From: an uncultured Bacteriovoracaceae bacterium
GTDB lineage: Bacteria > Bdellovibrionota > Bacteriovoracia > Bacteriovoracales > Bacteriovoracaceae
DNA: 64,000 bases
NCBI GenBank assembly: GCA_964012805.1
Contig: CAXGUD010000004.1
Location: 32,001-96,000 of the forward strand
Direction of reading: 5' to 3'
Under the pieces are notes generated by a model, which had not been told where the DNA came from, did no database searches, and saw nothing but the letters and a program-made list of their open reading frames with translations. Shown piece by piece: positions 21,039-31,663 of this stretch (its first letter is position 1; each line of letters opens with the position of its first letter). Made by a program: the position numbers and the translations under genes.

Positions 21039-22484
21039 CTAAAAAATTCCGTTCCCCTTATTGCCTCTAAACTGCCCCCAATAAACTTTTGGACCCGTCC
21101 TTTTAGGGAGCTCAAAGCGAAGGAGCTTACCTGCGACAGGAACGATCAGGTCAAGCTTTCCATTACGGTCGATATCTTTTGCAATAGGGGTCGCCGCTGA
21201 AAGTCCATTTAGGTTTTTTTCAAAAAGAACTTCTCTCGTTTTCCCGTCATAAATCCTTAGGGCGCTTTTCATCGATCCTGCGATTTCAAAATTTTCAGGG
21301 TACTTGGCCTCTAAATTTATAAGGACAAGAACCTCATCAAATCCATCGTTATTCAAATCAAAAATAAGAGGTGAGGGGTAACCGTTTAGGCCAAAAACTT
21401 TTGAGTCAATAATTTTACCGGTCTTTCCATTCATCCAAATAATGCGGTTTTCTTCTATATGCCTAGGCCAGACCCCTTTAGCGGTTGTAATAACCATATC
21501 TAGTCCAGATTTATTATCAAAATTACCTAATGCGGGCGAAGAATAGGTTTCAAACCCCTCAACTTTTTGTTTCCAGAGGATGTTTCCTTTAAAATCAAGT
21601 TTATAAAATCCTGAATCAACGCTTGTTGCAAAGATGAACTTTTCTTTAGAGTGAACCAGAGGGGACGAAATCCACCCTTTTTTCTTTTCTGGCAGCGACC
21701 AGAGGGTTTTGCCTTTTAAGAGGTCGTAAAGGTAAAGGCTCCCTTTCACAACTTCACCACCCGTCCCAAAAAGGGCGTGCCAAACATTATTGTGTTTAAA
21801 GAGGGTGGGGATGCTATAAACTTCTCCATTATCCTCTGCTTTAAATTCTTTTAAAATTTTTCCCGTTTTAGGATGGGCAATAAAGAGCCGGGCGGGAGGT
21901 CTTGGTTCAAATCCACCGCCTGATTGTCCGAATAAAATGCGGTCGCCAAATTTACTGATTGTATTAAAGCCAGGAACATCGCCTTTCCAAAACCCTTCAT
22001 TGACTTTCCGAAGGTCCCAAAGAAGTTCACCATTTTTTCCATTTAAGGCCCAAAGACCTGGGCAAGTTTTAGAGGAACCTTTATGGCAGTGGTCTGTTCC
22101 AATTAAGACGTCTTTGACTTTGTCTTCGTTAATATCCATTAAAAAGGGGGTGGCAAAAACTCTTGATTGAGCATTATAAGACCAAAGAAGCGTACCCTTT
22201 TTCCCATCGATGGCCATTATAGGTCTTGCATGTCCGCCATGTTCAAAAATTCCTGAGCCAATAATAATATCTTCCACTCCATCAAGGTTTAGGTCAGCAA
22301 GATTTGGTGAACTAAAGCCAATGGACTTTTGGGAGAATTGCCAGACATTTTTAAATTGAAAACCTTCTTGATGAGAAGGAATCTCTTGTCCCGTCTCTTG
22401 AGGTGTATACTTGGCCATGACGAAAAAGCCACCTAAAAGGATAAAAAGAGAGGCAAAGAAAAGACCTTTGTTGTTTACTTTCAT
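21039..22484 (-). CDS. FG-GAP/PQQ-like beta-propeller protein, membrane-anchored
   Basis: SSPNLADLNLDGVEDII, DINEDKVKDV, DLNNDGFDEV and G.LLW repeats; ends in a WGQFRGN motif. Confidence 0.8.
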   Translation of the reverse strand: MKVNNKGLFFASLFILLGGFFVMAKYTPQETGQEIPSHQEGFQFKNVWQFSQKSIGFSSPNLADLNLDGVEDIIIGSGIFEHGGHARPIMAIDGKKGTLLWSYNAQSRVFATPFLMDINEDKVKDVLIGTDHCHKGSSKTCPGLWALNGKNGELLWDLRKVNEGFWKGDVPGFNTISKFGDRILFGQSGGGFEPRPPARLFIAHPKTGKILKEFKAEDNGEVYSIPTLFKHNNVWHALFGTGGEVVKGSLYLYDLLKGKTLWSLPEKKKGWISSPLVHSKEKFIFATSVDSGFYKLDFKGNILWKQKVEGFETYSSPALGNFDNKSGLDMVITTAKGVWPRHIEENRIIWMNGKTGKIIDSKVFGLNGYPSPLIFDLNNDGFDEVLVLINLEAKYPENFEIAGSMKSALRIYDGKTREVLFEKNLNGLSAATPIAKDIDRNGKLDLIVPVAGKLLRFELPKRTGPKVYWGQFRGNKGNGIF

Positions 22485-22489
22485 TTTTT

Positions 22490-25400
22490 TTAGTCCTTTA
22501 TAATTTTATAAATATGACCGGCCTTAAAAGGGTATTTAATTTCTAGAGGTTTTTTAAAAGGCAGCATAAGCCTAATTTTTTTAAGCTCTTTAACACCCCC
22601 CAGGCCAAAGTGAAGTTTAAGTGAATTAAAGGAAGCAAAGCCACCACCAATTTTTGTTTCTTTAAGTTGAATGGATCCATCAGGCCTTGTTATTTCAATC
22701 TTAACGTTGGGAAGGTTTTTTTTCCCTTTAACGATAACGTCAAAAGTAATGGAGTTTCCTCCCTGAGGATTTTCATAAAAGATCCCCTTTTGGTTAGGCC
22801 CACTTGTGACGACATCGATATCTCCATCATTATCCATATCCGCTTTTGCCCAGGAAAAAGTGTGAGAGGTTTCACCCATATTCCATTTTTTTTCGGAAAA
22901 CTTAAAGCCCTTTCCCTTTTGATTGATAAGGAGTCGGTTAGGTGTATAGCGTTTAATATTACCTGAACCATTTGTGACAAAGATATCTTCATACCCATCA
23001 TTATTAATATCTAAAAATTGAGAATTCCAGGACCAATCAGTTCTTGCCACATTAAGAGAATCTGTTTGGTCTATAAAGGTGCCTCCCTTTTGAAGAAGGA
23101 GGATGTTGCTCCACTTTTGCTTTGGGATGTCTTTAAGCTTTGATCTTTTGGGATTAAAAAAACTACTTCTCTCTTTATTACTTTTTATTGTTTCCTCACA
23201 AGAAGCTTTTTTTGAGGGTGAGCTTATTTTTTCACAAAGAGAAACATCCCAAAGGTCTACCGCCATATTTTGAACAATGGTATCGAGGCATATATTTTTC
23301 CCCATTTCTGCAAGAATCTTATTCGCCCCCTCTGACTTTTGGAAACAGCCTTCAAGATCATTTTGTTGAACCGAGACCCTGACCCTTTTAACAATATTAC
23401 AGGCCAATTGATCCTCACCACTTAAATTTTTACATTCTTCCCCTTTTTTAAAGGTTGCTTCTCTAGGCATCATATCTGTGGAAAAAAGATCAAGTTCTCC
23501 GTTGTTGTCAATATCAGCTGTCATAAAGCTCATCGTATTAACGGGTGCAGAGGGAATTTGTTTTGAAAAATTTTTAATGATAGAAGGTTTACCATTTTTA
23601 AAAGAATAGTAAATATCGGGCTCAGAAAAATCATTTCCAACAAAAAGGTAGGGAGTATGAGGTCCTTTAATAAAAGAGATCAAAGAGGAGAGGGTCGCTC
23701 CATTGGTTTTGTAATCTTTATCCAAATCGATGGATTTATAACGAAAAGGTTCTTTTGATTTTTGAGAGAGGTACGCCCTGTTGGTTGACGTTTTGTCAGT
23801 GGGACCTAAAATTTCGTTAAAAAAATTAAAGCCACCAATAACGATGTCCATAAGGTCATCATCGTTTAGATAACCAAAGCTTGAGCTGATGGTCATGGTG
23901 TAGTGAAGGTCTGAAAGATCCCTTTTTTTAAATTTTAGATTTTGATTTTCGTAAAGAACAAACTTTTTTTCATTATTTGTTAAAAAATCTGTGTCTCCAT
24001 CATTATCTAGGTCCACGGGAAAAATGGTGTCTTCTGGAGCAGCAATCTTTCCAAGCTTTATTTCGCCAACCTTTTTAAGTTCAGTTTTATGATAGGTATA
24101 AAACAAAGCTTTTCTAGGACCAATAACCATCATTTCAGGAAAGTCGTCATTATTTAAATGAACTGCCGCCGTTGTTGTGACAAAGCCTCTTTCGTTAACA
24201 AAGTCTGTTTGAAATATGTTTTTTTTGTAAAGGACCTGGGCCAAATTCTTTTTTCCACTTTTTTGTTCCTTTTTAAGGTATGCTGCTTTTTTTATTTGAA
24301 GCCCTTCTCTTTTTAGGTCAGTCACATCTTCCCAGGAAAGCTCTCTTTTTTTAAGTCCTTCCTTATCAATATGAAATGAAAGGTCAATGCCTTTTATTTC
24401 TTCTGTATTTTCTGTGTTTTCTTTGTTTCGATTAGAAAGCTTAATAGGTTTTTCCTTTTTCTCTTCAACCTTAAGCTTTTTAAAATCTTCTAAAAACTTT
24501 TGTTTCATATAGGGGTTATAGTATTTGATAAAAACTCCCCCTAAAAAACCCATAATTAAGACGCTAAAAAAGAGGACATTAGAGGCCCTCCACCTTAGTG
24601 ATCTACCAAGAATTAAATAAGGGTAAACGCTAAAAGTTCCCAAACAAAATAGAAGCACCATGCCAAATTCTGGAGCAAGGCCTGCCTGAAGAAGGACTGA
24701 GACTAAGATTATATCGAAGGCGATGGGAATGGGGACAAAAGTTGCTACGAAAGCGGTTAAAAAGAGGGAGAGAATATTGACTTCTAAACCCTTTAAAAAG
24801 TTAAGGGGGACAAACTCAATCATGGCCGCTCCAAAAAATCCTGCCAAAATCATAAAAGGAACGGTGGTTTTACATATTTCAAAAGTGTTTTTAACAAAAC
24901 CTAAAAGCACTTCTTTTAAAGAGGGAAAGAAGGGGTCTTGTTTGGCAAATGTGGGGGCGCAAATAGTTTCAGTTAAAGAGGTAAAGGCCGTCTCTTTTTG
25001 GCCTTGGCTTGTTTCCTCTTTTGTGAAAAAGGGAATCACCCAAAGAATAAAGAGAAGAGTTAACACAATTTTTAAAACGGCGAAATGGAAAGGAAGAAGG
25101 GTAAAAAGCATGGAAAAGACAATAATGTTTAATGTAGGAGAACTAATAAGAGTTGCTAAGGCGGTTTCCACCCGAATGCCCGCCTTTATCATTCCTTGGG
25201 TTATGGGAGTGGCGCAGTTGACACAAACTCCAAGGGGGACTCCAATCATCATGCCTTTTAAAATGTTTTTGACGGGGTCACCAGACCGTTTTTTCTCGAA
25301 ATAACTTAAAAAAGTCAAAAGGGCACCTGCCAAAAGAAGGCCAAAGATCATTCCCCTTTTATTGGTGTTTGACCAGTTTACAAAGTGAAAAAATAGGCGC

Positions 25401-25615
25401 TGGGGTAGAGTGTCTTCTTCTAAAATGGGAAAAACAACGTCTTCAGAAAACGCCAGCCCTTCAATGAAGGCCCTTCCACCCATAGCACTTTTGTCATCCA
25501 GTTGGGGGTAGCGGCTCATGGACCAAAAACTAAACGCAATTAATAGAACGAGGCCTAAGGCGAGGGGTTTTCTCTTATCTTTAAGGAAGTCTTTGACAAT
25601 AATTTTTAAGGACAT
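22490..25615 (-). CDS. ArsP/DUF318-type permease fused to FG-GAP repeats and an ASPIC/UnbV domain
   Basis: N-terminal multi-TM region with GVPLGVCVNCATPI and SSPTLN; DxDNDGDxD repeats; WSWNSQFLDINNDG; GGGFASFNSLKLHFGLG. Confidence 0.8.
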   Translation of the reverse strand: MSLKIIVKDFLKDKRKPLALGLVLLIAFSFWSMSRYPQLDDKSAMGGRAFIEGLAFSEDVVFPILEEDTLPQRLFFHFVNWSNTNKRGMIFGLLLAGALLTFLSYFEKKRSGDPVKNILKGMMIGVPLGVCVNCATPITQGMIKAGIRVETALATLISSPTLNIIVFSMLFTLLPFHFAVLKIVLTLLFILWVIPFFTKEETSQGQKETAFTSLTETICAPTFAKQDPFFPSLKEVLLGFVKNTFEICKTTVPFMILAGFFGAAMIEFVPLNFLKGLEVNILSLFLTAFVATFVPIPIAFDIILVSVLLQAGLAPEFGMVLLFCLGTFSVYPYLILGRSLRWRASNVLFFSVLIMGFLGGVFIKYYNPYMKQKFLEDFKKLKVEEKKEKPIKLSNRNKENTENTEEIKGIDLSFHIDKEGLKKRELSWEDVTDLKREGLQIKKAAYLKKEQKSGKKNLAQVLYKKNIFQTDFVNERGFVTTTAAVHLNNDDFPEMMVIGPRKALFYTYHKTELKKVGEIKLGKIAAPEDTIFPVDLDNDGDTDFLTNNEKKFVLYENQNLKFKKRDLSDLHYTMTISSSFGYLNDDDLMDIVIGGFNFFNEILGPTDKTSTNRAYLSQKSKEPFRYKSIDLDKDYKTNGATLSSLISFIKGPHTPYLFVGNDFSEPDIYYSFKNGKPSIIKNFSKQIPSAPVNTMSFMTADIDNNGELDLFSTDMMPREATFKKGEECKNLSGEDQLACNIVKRVRVSVQQNDLEGCFQKSEGANKILAEMGKNICLDTIVQNMAVDLWDVSLCEKISSPSKKASCEETIKSNKERSSFFNPKRSKLKDIPKQKWSNILLLQKGGTFIDQTDSLNVARTDWSWNSQFLDINNDGYEDIFVTNGSGNIKRYTPNRLLINQKGKGFKFSEKKWNMGETSHTFSWAKADMDNDGDIDVVTSGPNQKGIFYENPQGGNSITFDVIVKGKKNLPNVKIEITRPDGSIQLKETKIGGGFASFNSLKLHFGLGGVKELKKIRLMLPFKKPLEIKYPFKAGHIYKIIKD

Positions 25616-25651
25616 AAATAAATTTTAATCGAGTCTTTCTTTTTAATCAGG

Positions 25652-28600
25652 GTGTTAAATAATACCTCAAAAGACCGACAAGTTTTCATGGGTTTTAAGC
25701 ATAAAAGACCTCTTTTTTTAGGGGTCCTCCTCATTATTTTTACGCTGATTTTCTGGACGCAAAGCCGTTACCCCCAGCTTAATGAAAAAGAGCAAATGAG
25801 TGGTAGGCTCAAAATTAATGAGGCCTTAAGCTTTGATGTGGTTTACCCCATCCATGATAAAGACCCGCTTTTTAAAAAAATCGCTTACTCCTTTATTAAT
25901 TGGTGTGCAACCAATAAAAACGGCATGATCTTTGGCGTTTTATTTGCCACTTTGTTTTTAACCCTTCTTCAAAATGTGCCCAAAAGACCCAAAACTAAAA
26001 ACCGTTTCATCCACTCTCTGGTGGGGATGCTCTTAGGGGCACCTTTAGGAGTGTGCGCGAATTGCGTTGCCCCCATAGGCCAGGGGATGTATAAAACTGG
26101 AGAAAAACCAGAAACTATTTTAGCGACCATCCACTCGTCACCAAGCCTAAATATTATTGTGTTAACAATGCTTTTTAGTCTTTTTCCGCTTGATTTCGCT
26201 ATCATTAAAGTCCTCTTTAGCGTTTTTTTTATTTTGGTTGTGACGCCCATTTTAACAAAGGCCTTTTCAAACGATATCAAGGTTCCTGAGGAGTTCTGCC
26301 CAATAGAAATTGTTCCCAAAGAAAACTGGGCGACGGCCATCAAAGAATCCTTTAAAGGCTTTTTTAAAAACCTCCTCTACATTCTTTGGGAAACGGTCCC
26401 CATTATGTTTTTAGCGGGGATTTTGGGCCTGGCGGTTGTTGAAATTTTTGACCTTAGCTTTCTTCAAAGCCCTAAAGATAGTTTTCCCCTTTATTTTTTA
26501 ATTGCTCTTATTGGAACCTTTCTTCCCGTTCCCATTGCTTTTGATTTGGTTTTCTCCTTTGTTCTATTGAAGTCAGGTCTTGGCATTGGGCCTGCTCTTA
26601 CTTTTAATTTTTGTCTGGGCATTTTTAGTATTTATCCGTTCTTTATCATTTATCAAACTCTTTCTAAAAAGCTCGCCTTTGGAGTTTTTGTTTCTACCAT
26701 GGTGGTTGGAATTCTAGCGGGCTACACGGTCTCTTTAAAACACCTTTATACAGAACGAAGAGACCTCGCTATTTTAAATAAAAATATAAAAGAACTTGAA
26801 AAAAACGCCCAAAAAAAAGGATCTCTTAAAGGAGATCAGTTTTATGGTTTGGTTTTAAAGACCTGTTCCCTTTATGATGGCCAGACTCAAAAAGATGAGT
26901 GTATTGAAAATAATATTTTCAATGAGGCCAAAGCTAAGATGAATTACTTTTACTGCCTTGTGGGAAAAGTTAGGACTCAAGATAAAAAGAATCAATGCCT
27001 CAAAAGATTACTTCCCCATTTTATATTGGCAGGAAAGTTTGAACCAGGCTTTTGCTATAGTAATGAACCCAAAGAAAAAAAGAGTTGCCTTAAAAAGTTA
27101 ACAATTTATAGGGAAGTTTCTCTCAAAAAGGACCCCTCCTTTTGTAAAAAACTAAAAAAAGAAAAACTCATAAAAGAGTGCCAATCAATAATGGTCGACC
27201 ACCTCCTCTCTAAGGGAGGAGACATTGAGTTATGTTTACAAAAAGAAGATGTTAGAAAATGCCTCGATAATAATCAAAGAATACAGGACCTTTCAATAAA
27301 AGGTAACTTTGGCTTTAAAAGATGCCTTCTCTACAAAAGTAAAGAAGGGCAAGACTTGTGTATTGATGAACTCTTTTTCTTTTCCGCTTACCCCCGGGTT
27401 TCTTTAGGCTGTGAAAGGGTTAAAGACAATAAACTTAAAATGAGGTGTTTGAAAGTAAAAGAATTTTCTGAGGTTGCTAAAAAGGGAGGGCCTTTTTCTT
27501 TTTGTGAAGAAAATTTTAAAAAGAAGCATATATTGGATTTTTGTGAAACGACGTTATTGAGGAACCTTTTTATTGAGGGCGGAGACCCTGTTAAAAAGTG
27601 TAAAAGATTTAAAAAGCCCTCAAAATGTCTTAAAGCGGTTTCTGTTCATTTATATGAAAGGAAAGGGATAGAATCAAAAGAGGACCTCTGCTCTTTAGTT
27701 CCTGACGCAAAAATAAAAAGCTATTGTCAGGAAGAGATCGCTTATCGGGAAAATTTTACTTTTGAAATGTTAAATAATTGTAGTAGCAATGAAGCTAAAG
27801 GATTTGTTCCCGAAAGGCAGTGCGAACTAAATGCAATTAATAATTTTAAAAAGAATAAAATTAAAGAAGAGGTTTGCTCTTTTATAAAATACCCTAAAGA
27901 AAGAAAGAATTGCTTTAAAAATACAATGTTTATGCATGCTGCCTTAGGTAATCTAGAAAAATGTTCATTATTAAAAGGGGATGATAATAAAGAATGTCAC
28001 AAAGTCTATAAAGACTTTAAAATTAAGATGGGTTTAAGAGGTGGGCTTTCCACTCTTTTTGTGGACACCCATTTAAAAAAGCTTGAGAAAAAGGAAAAGA
28101 GGTCTTCTTTTAAAGGTGAAAAACTTAAAAAAGCAAAATCTTTAAAGTTAAGTCCTTTTTATAAGTCTAAAAATCTCACAATTCAATCATTTCCCTATTT
28201 TGAAAGATCAAAAGGAAATGCCTTTTCAACCCTATTTCAAAAAATTGAAGGCCCGGAAATTGGGCTTAGTTATTCCTATGGTTTTTCCATTTTAGAAAAT
28301 TTTGAACCTTTTAAATACGGAAAGGGGATATCATCTGGCGATTTTAACAATGACCTTTGGCCTGATATTGCCGTTGCAACAGAAACAGGAGTTCAGCTTT
28401 ATCAGAATTTAGGAAACGGGCGGTTTCAAAGAGTTCCTTTTAACCCAAAAACTAAAGGGATTCCCTTTTTGACCACTTTAGTTGATATCAATAATGATGG
28501 TTGGAAAGACCTTTATATAAGCTCTTATGGAGGGCTGAACCACTTTTATTTAAACCAAAAGGGGATTTTTGAAGAAGAGGGGCTTGATCTGTCTGACCCA

Positions 28601-30013
28601 GACAATGTGATTCTTACCATGAGTGGCGCTTTCTCAGACATCGATAGAGATGGAGATATTGATTTTGTTCAAGGTAACTGGTCCTACGGTGCCTATAATT
28701 TTAGACGACTTAAAGTTGAAACTAGTGTGAACAGAATTTTTTTGAATACTGGAACTAAAGGAAAAATTTTTAAAAGAAGTCATTTTAAGGATAATCTTAA
28801 GGGAGAGACTCTTAGTACCCTTTTAACTGATATAAACCAGGATGGAAAAGTTGACCTTTTTACAGGCAATGACTTTTCTATTCCGGATGGCCTCTATTTA
28901 GGAAAGGATAAAGGAAAGTTTCAAAAAATTAAAAAGTCAGATAAAATAATTCCCCTTATTTCAAAGTTCACCATGAGTTTTGATAGTGCTGATATCAATA
29001 ATGATCTTCACCTTGACCTCTTTTCAGCCGAGATGGCCTTTGTTGGAAATAAAAAGGATGATAATTATTGTGATTCTATAAAAAATAAATTTGCTAAATC
29101 AAAATGCCAAAATCATTTTTCCATAAGAAGGGTTTCAAGAAAAAGGGATATTGAAAAATGCTCTCAATACAAAGGAGAGACCAATAAAAACTGCCTTTTT
29201 AGTATGATGATTGGAATAATGACTGAATCTCAAGATACAAAAAATTGTGATAAGATACCGACCTCTTTAAAAGAGGCAAGAATTTTTTGCCAGCGCCTTT
29301 TTGATCTTAAAAAAATTCAAGACCAAACAGTAACAGACAGAAACTTTGATAAGGAAGACCTACCTCAAAAGGGGATGAGTAACCTCCTTTTAATGAACAA
29401 TGGGTTGGGGGCCTTTGTTGATCAAACGAAAAAGTTTGGCGTGATAAATAGCTTTTGGAGCTGGAATTCAAAGTTTGCCGATCTCGATAATGATGAATGG
29501 CAGGACCTTTATGTAGGAAATGGCTTTCTTTACAACGATGAAATGAGCACCAATGTCTTTTTTCATAACCAAAATGGAAAAACTTTTCTTCAAAAGGAAA
29601 AGGAATTTGGGCTAGAAGACTTTATCCACACCCATTCCTATACCTATATTGATTACGATCTCGATGGTGACTTAGATATCCTCTCAACGGGAAGCTACGC
29701 TCCCTTAAGACTTTTTAAAAACAACCTTAAAAAGGGCAACTCGATCTCTTTTTCCTTTATTGACCACAAGGGGAACCGTGATGGAATTGGAAATAGGGTC
29801 ATTATCCATTATGGGAAAGATGGTGAAAAACGGCAAATTAGGGAAGTAAAAATGGGAGGAGGGTTCCTTTCCTTTGACAGACCTTGGGCCTATTTTGGTC
29901 TTGGGACCAATAATAAGGTCAAGAAGGTTGAGGTCATTTGGTCTACAGGGGAAAATGAAATCATTAACCAAGATTTTGAAGAAGGAAGGCATTACCAAAT
30001 AGAAAGAGAATAA
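25652..30013 (+). CDS. ArsP/DUF318-type permease with Cys-rich repeat region, FG-GAP repeats and ASPIC/UnbV domain
   Basis: GAPLGVCANCVAPI, SSPSLN; long Cys-pair region; GDFNNDLWPD and DIDRDGDID repeats; GGGFLSFD...YFGLG. Likely start ATG at 25688. Confidence 0.8.
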   Translation: MLNNTSKDRQVFMGFKHKRPLFLGVLLIIFTLIFWTQSRYPQLNEKEQMSGRLKINEALSFDVVYPIHDKDPLFKKIAYSFINWCATNKNGMIFGVLFATLFLTLLQNVPKRPKTKNRFIHSLVGMLLGAPLGVCANCVAPIGQGMYKTGEKPETILATIHSSPSLNIIVLTMLFSLFPLDFAIIKVLFSVFFILVVTPILTKAFSNDIKVPEEFCPIEIVPKENWATAIKESFKGFFKNLLYILWETVPIMFLAGILGLAVVEIFDLSFLQSPKDSFPLYFLIALIGTFLPVPIAFDLVFSFVLLKSGLGIGPALTFNFCLGIFSIYPFFIIYQTLSKKLAFGVFVSTMVVGILAGYTVSLKHLYTERRDLAILNKNIKELEKNAQKKGSLKGDQFYGLVLKTCSLYDGQTQKDECIENNIFNEAKAKMNYFYCLVGKVRTQDKKNQCLKRLLPHFILAGKFEPGFCYSNEPKEKKSCLKKLTIYREVSLKKDPSFCKKLKKEKLIKECQSIMVDHLLSKGGDIELCLQKEDVRKCLDNNQRIQDLSIKGNFGFKRCLLYKSKEGQDLCIDELFFFSAYPRVSLGCERVKDNKLKMRCLKVKEFSEVAKKGGPFSFCEENFKKKHILDFCETTLLRNLFIEGGDPVKKCKRFKKPSKCLKAVSVHLYERKGIESKEDLCSLVPDAKIKSYCQEEIAYRENFTFEMLNNCSSNEAKGFVPERQCELNAINNFKKNKIKEEVCSFIKYPKERKNCFKNTMFMHAALGNLEKCSLLKGDDNKECHKVYKDFKIKMGLRGGLSTLFVDTHLKKLEKKEKRSSFKGEKLKKAKSLKLSPFYKSKNLTIQSFPYFERSKGNAFSTLFQKIEGPEIGLSYSYGFSILENFEPFKYGKGISSGDFNNDLWPDIAVATETGVQLYQNLGNGRFQRVPFNPKTKGIPFLTTLVDINNDGWKDLYISSYGGLNHFYLNQKGIFEEEGLDLSDPDNVILTMSGAFSDIDRDGDIDFVQGNWSYGAYNFRRLKVETSVNRIFLNTGTKGKIFKRSHFKDNLKGETLSTLLTDINQDGKVDLFTGNDFSIPDGLYLGKDKGKFQKIKKSDKIIPLISKFTMSFDSADINNDLHLDLFSAEMAFVGNKKDDNYCDSIKNKFAKSKCQNHFSIRRVSRKRDIEKCSQYKGETNKNCLFSMMIGIMTESQDTKNCDKIPTSLKEARIFCQRLFDLKKIQDQTVTDRNFDKEDLPQKGMSNLLLMNNGLGAFVDQTKKFGVINSFWSWNSKFADLDNDEWQDLYVGNGFLYNDEMSTNVFFHNQNGKTFLQKEKEFGLEDFIHTHSYTYIDYDLDGDLDILSTGSYAPLRLFKNNLKKGNSISFSFIDHKGNRDGIGNRVIIHYGKDGEKRQIREVKMGGGFLSFDRPWAYFGLGTNNKVKKVEVIWSTGENEIINQDFEEGRHYQIERE

Positions 30014-30043
30014 GGAGAGCTTTAAAGATTAAAAAGCTCCCCT
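30014..30043. terminator. Hairpin between convergent genes
   Basis: gagcttt ... aaagctc inverted repeat. Confidence 0.45.
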
Positions 30044-30065
30044 TCAAATATTCCAATGATTTTTT

Positions 30066-30731
30066 TTATTTTTTACTTAGGTCAACAGAGTCTGGATGGA
30101 TGAGCACACCATTTCTTTTTGTATTAAAAAAGAGCATCATTTCGCCATTGGCCCCATTGACAAAAGCATTGTAGCTCATTTTTGCACCATCTGGTGCTGT
30201 AAATTTAATATCGGCCGTCTCAACGGGAAAGCCCGTTTTACCGTTAACAATAATGAACTTTTTATCAAGTTTAGTAATAGAGATATCTCCTCTAGAAAAA
30301 GCTGGAGCTGTTTTTAAAATGTTAAGGAGTTTTTGATCCCAATCAGCAACAGGCTTACCACCTATAATACGAGTTCCTGCGGGAATGTCTTTTAAAGGGT
30401 TTCCTTTGGCATCAATAAAGAATCTATCATCTTTTTTAAGGCCAAAAGGTCTATCTAAAGTAAAGTTAGCTAAATAACCCTTATCACCAGTGGGAACTTC
30501 GTCTTGTGGTTTTCCCGTTTCAAAGACGGTTTCTTCCTGAACCGGTTCTGAAGCTGCTCCTTCTTCCTCGAGAGGGCTTGAAGCTGTTTCAGATGATTTT
30601 TTTTCCGTCGTTTCCTCAGGTGCCTCTACACTGGCCTCTTGATTGTTTGTTCCGCCGTCATCTTTTTTTGTTAGGTTAATACCACCTAAAACAACAAGGA
30701 CGCCCACTAAAACACCTAAAACAATTTTCAT
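30066..30731 (-). CDS. Hypothetical membrane-anchored protein
   Basis: N-terminal TM helix, acidic linker, GGAG RBS. Confidence 0.7.
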   Translation of the reverse strand: MKIVLGVLVGVLVVLGGINLTKKDDGGTNNQEASVEAPEETTEKKSSETASSPLEEEGAASEPVQEETVFETGKPQDEVPTGDKGYLANFTLDRPFGLKKDDRFFIDAKGNPLKDIPAGTRIIGGKPVADWDQKLLNILKTAPAFSRGDISITKLDKKFIIVNGKTGFPVETADIKFTAPDGAKMSYNAFVNGANGEMMLFFNTKRNGVLIHPDSVDLSKK

Positions 30732-30916
30732 TGGAAACTCCTGTTATGTTTTCAAAATTTATTCTACATGAAAAACATACTTTGTTAAAAAATAAATTAG
30801 TTAAATCCTTGTCGGTTTTTTATTTCATTTTTATTGAACAAAATGGAGGTTTTTTAGAGTTCATAAAATTCATTCACTACTAGATTAAATTTTTAAATAA
30901 ATTTATGGTTAAAGAA

Positions 30917-31498
30917 TTAATCTTTCTCAGTTAATTTTTTTGAAAGTGATGCTTCTTTTTTCATAAAAATTTTGAACGTTAAGGTAAGCCAAAACAATGT
31001 GACTACTAAAGAGATGTAAAAGATGATTTTTAAAATAAATTGACTTCCTTCCCCCGCCTCTTTCATTTTTTCTAGATCAAAATAGACCTTTTCCTTTGTC
31101 CGAAGACCACCTAATTGTAAAACCTTTTTATTGACCTGATTTTTTTGAATCGTTATATAAAGGACATCACCAGGGACCACTTCCCGCTTGAAAGAATTTA
31201 TATCAAAATGTTTAAAATAAAAATCACTGAGACCCACGAGTTTTCCTCCCTTCATTTTTAAAAGAAAGGTTGAGCTTTTCTGTGGTCCGTAACCACCCCT
31301 TGCTGAGGCCCTTGAAACCACTTTAGAGTCTTCATAAGTGGCTTTTATTTCCATCCATAATTTCTCTTGTATGTTAATTCCTCGAAAACTTATTTTATAG
31401 AGGATAAAGCTGATGAGTATAAAAAAGAGAGAAAATCCTCCAAATAAAATTTTTCCTGTGTTTAAGCTTCCCTTTTTTTGCATAGTTAGATCCTCCAC
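30917..31498 (-). CDS. Hypothetical protein with two TM helices
   Basis: TM helices at both termini. Confidence 0.65.
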   Translation of the reverse strand: MEDLTMQKKGSLNTGKILFGGFSLFFILISFILYKISFRGINIQEKLWMEIKATYEDSKVVSRASARGGYGPQKSSTFLLKMKGGKLVGLSDFYFKHFDINSFKREVVPGDVLYITIQKNQVNKKVLQLGGLRTKEKVYFDLEKMKEAGEGSQFILKIIFYISLVVTLFWLTLTFKIFMKKEASLSKKLTEKD

Positions 31499-31663
31499 TC
31501 AATGGCTTTTCGATAACTTAACGATAAAGTTTAATGTCATAGAAACTATTGATATTTTTAAAATTATTTTAAAATGTGAAAAACTCTTAATGTTAAGCTT
31601 GAGTCAAATATTATTCAAACGTAAAATAAGTGAAAAGAACTCATTATTCTACTTTTTGGGAGT

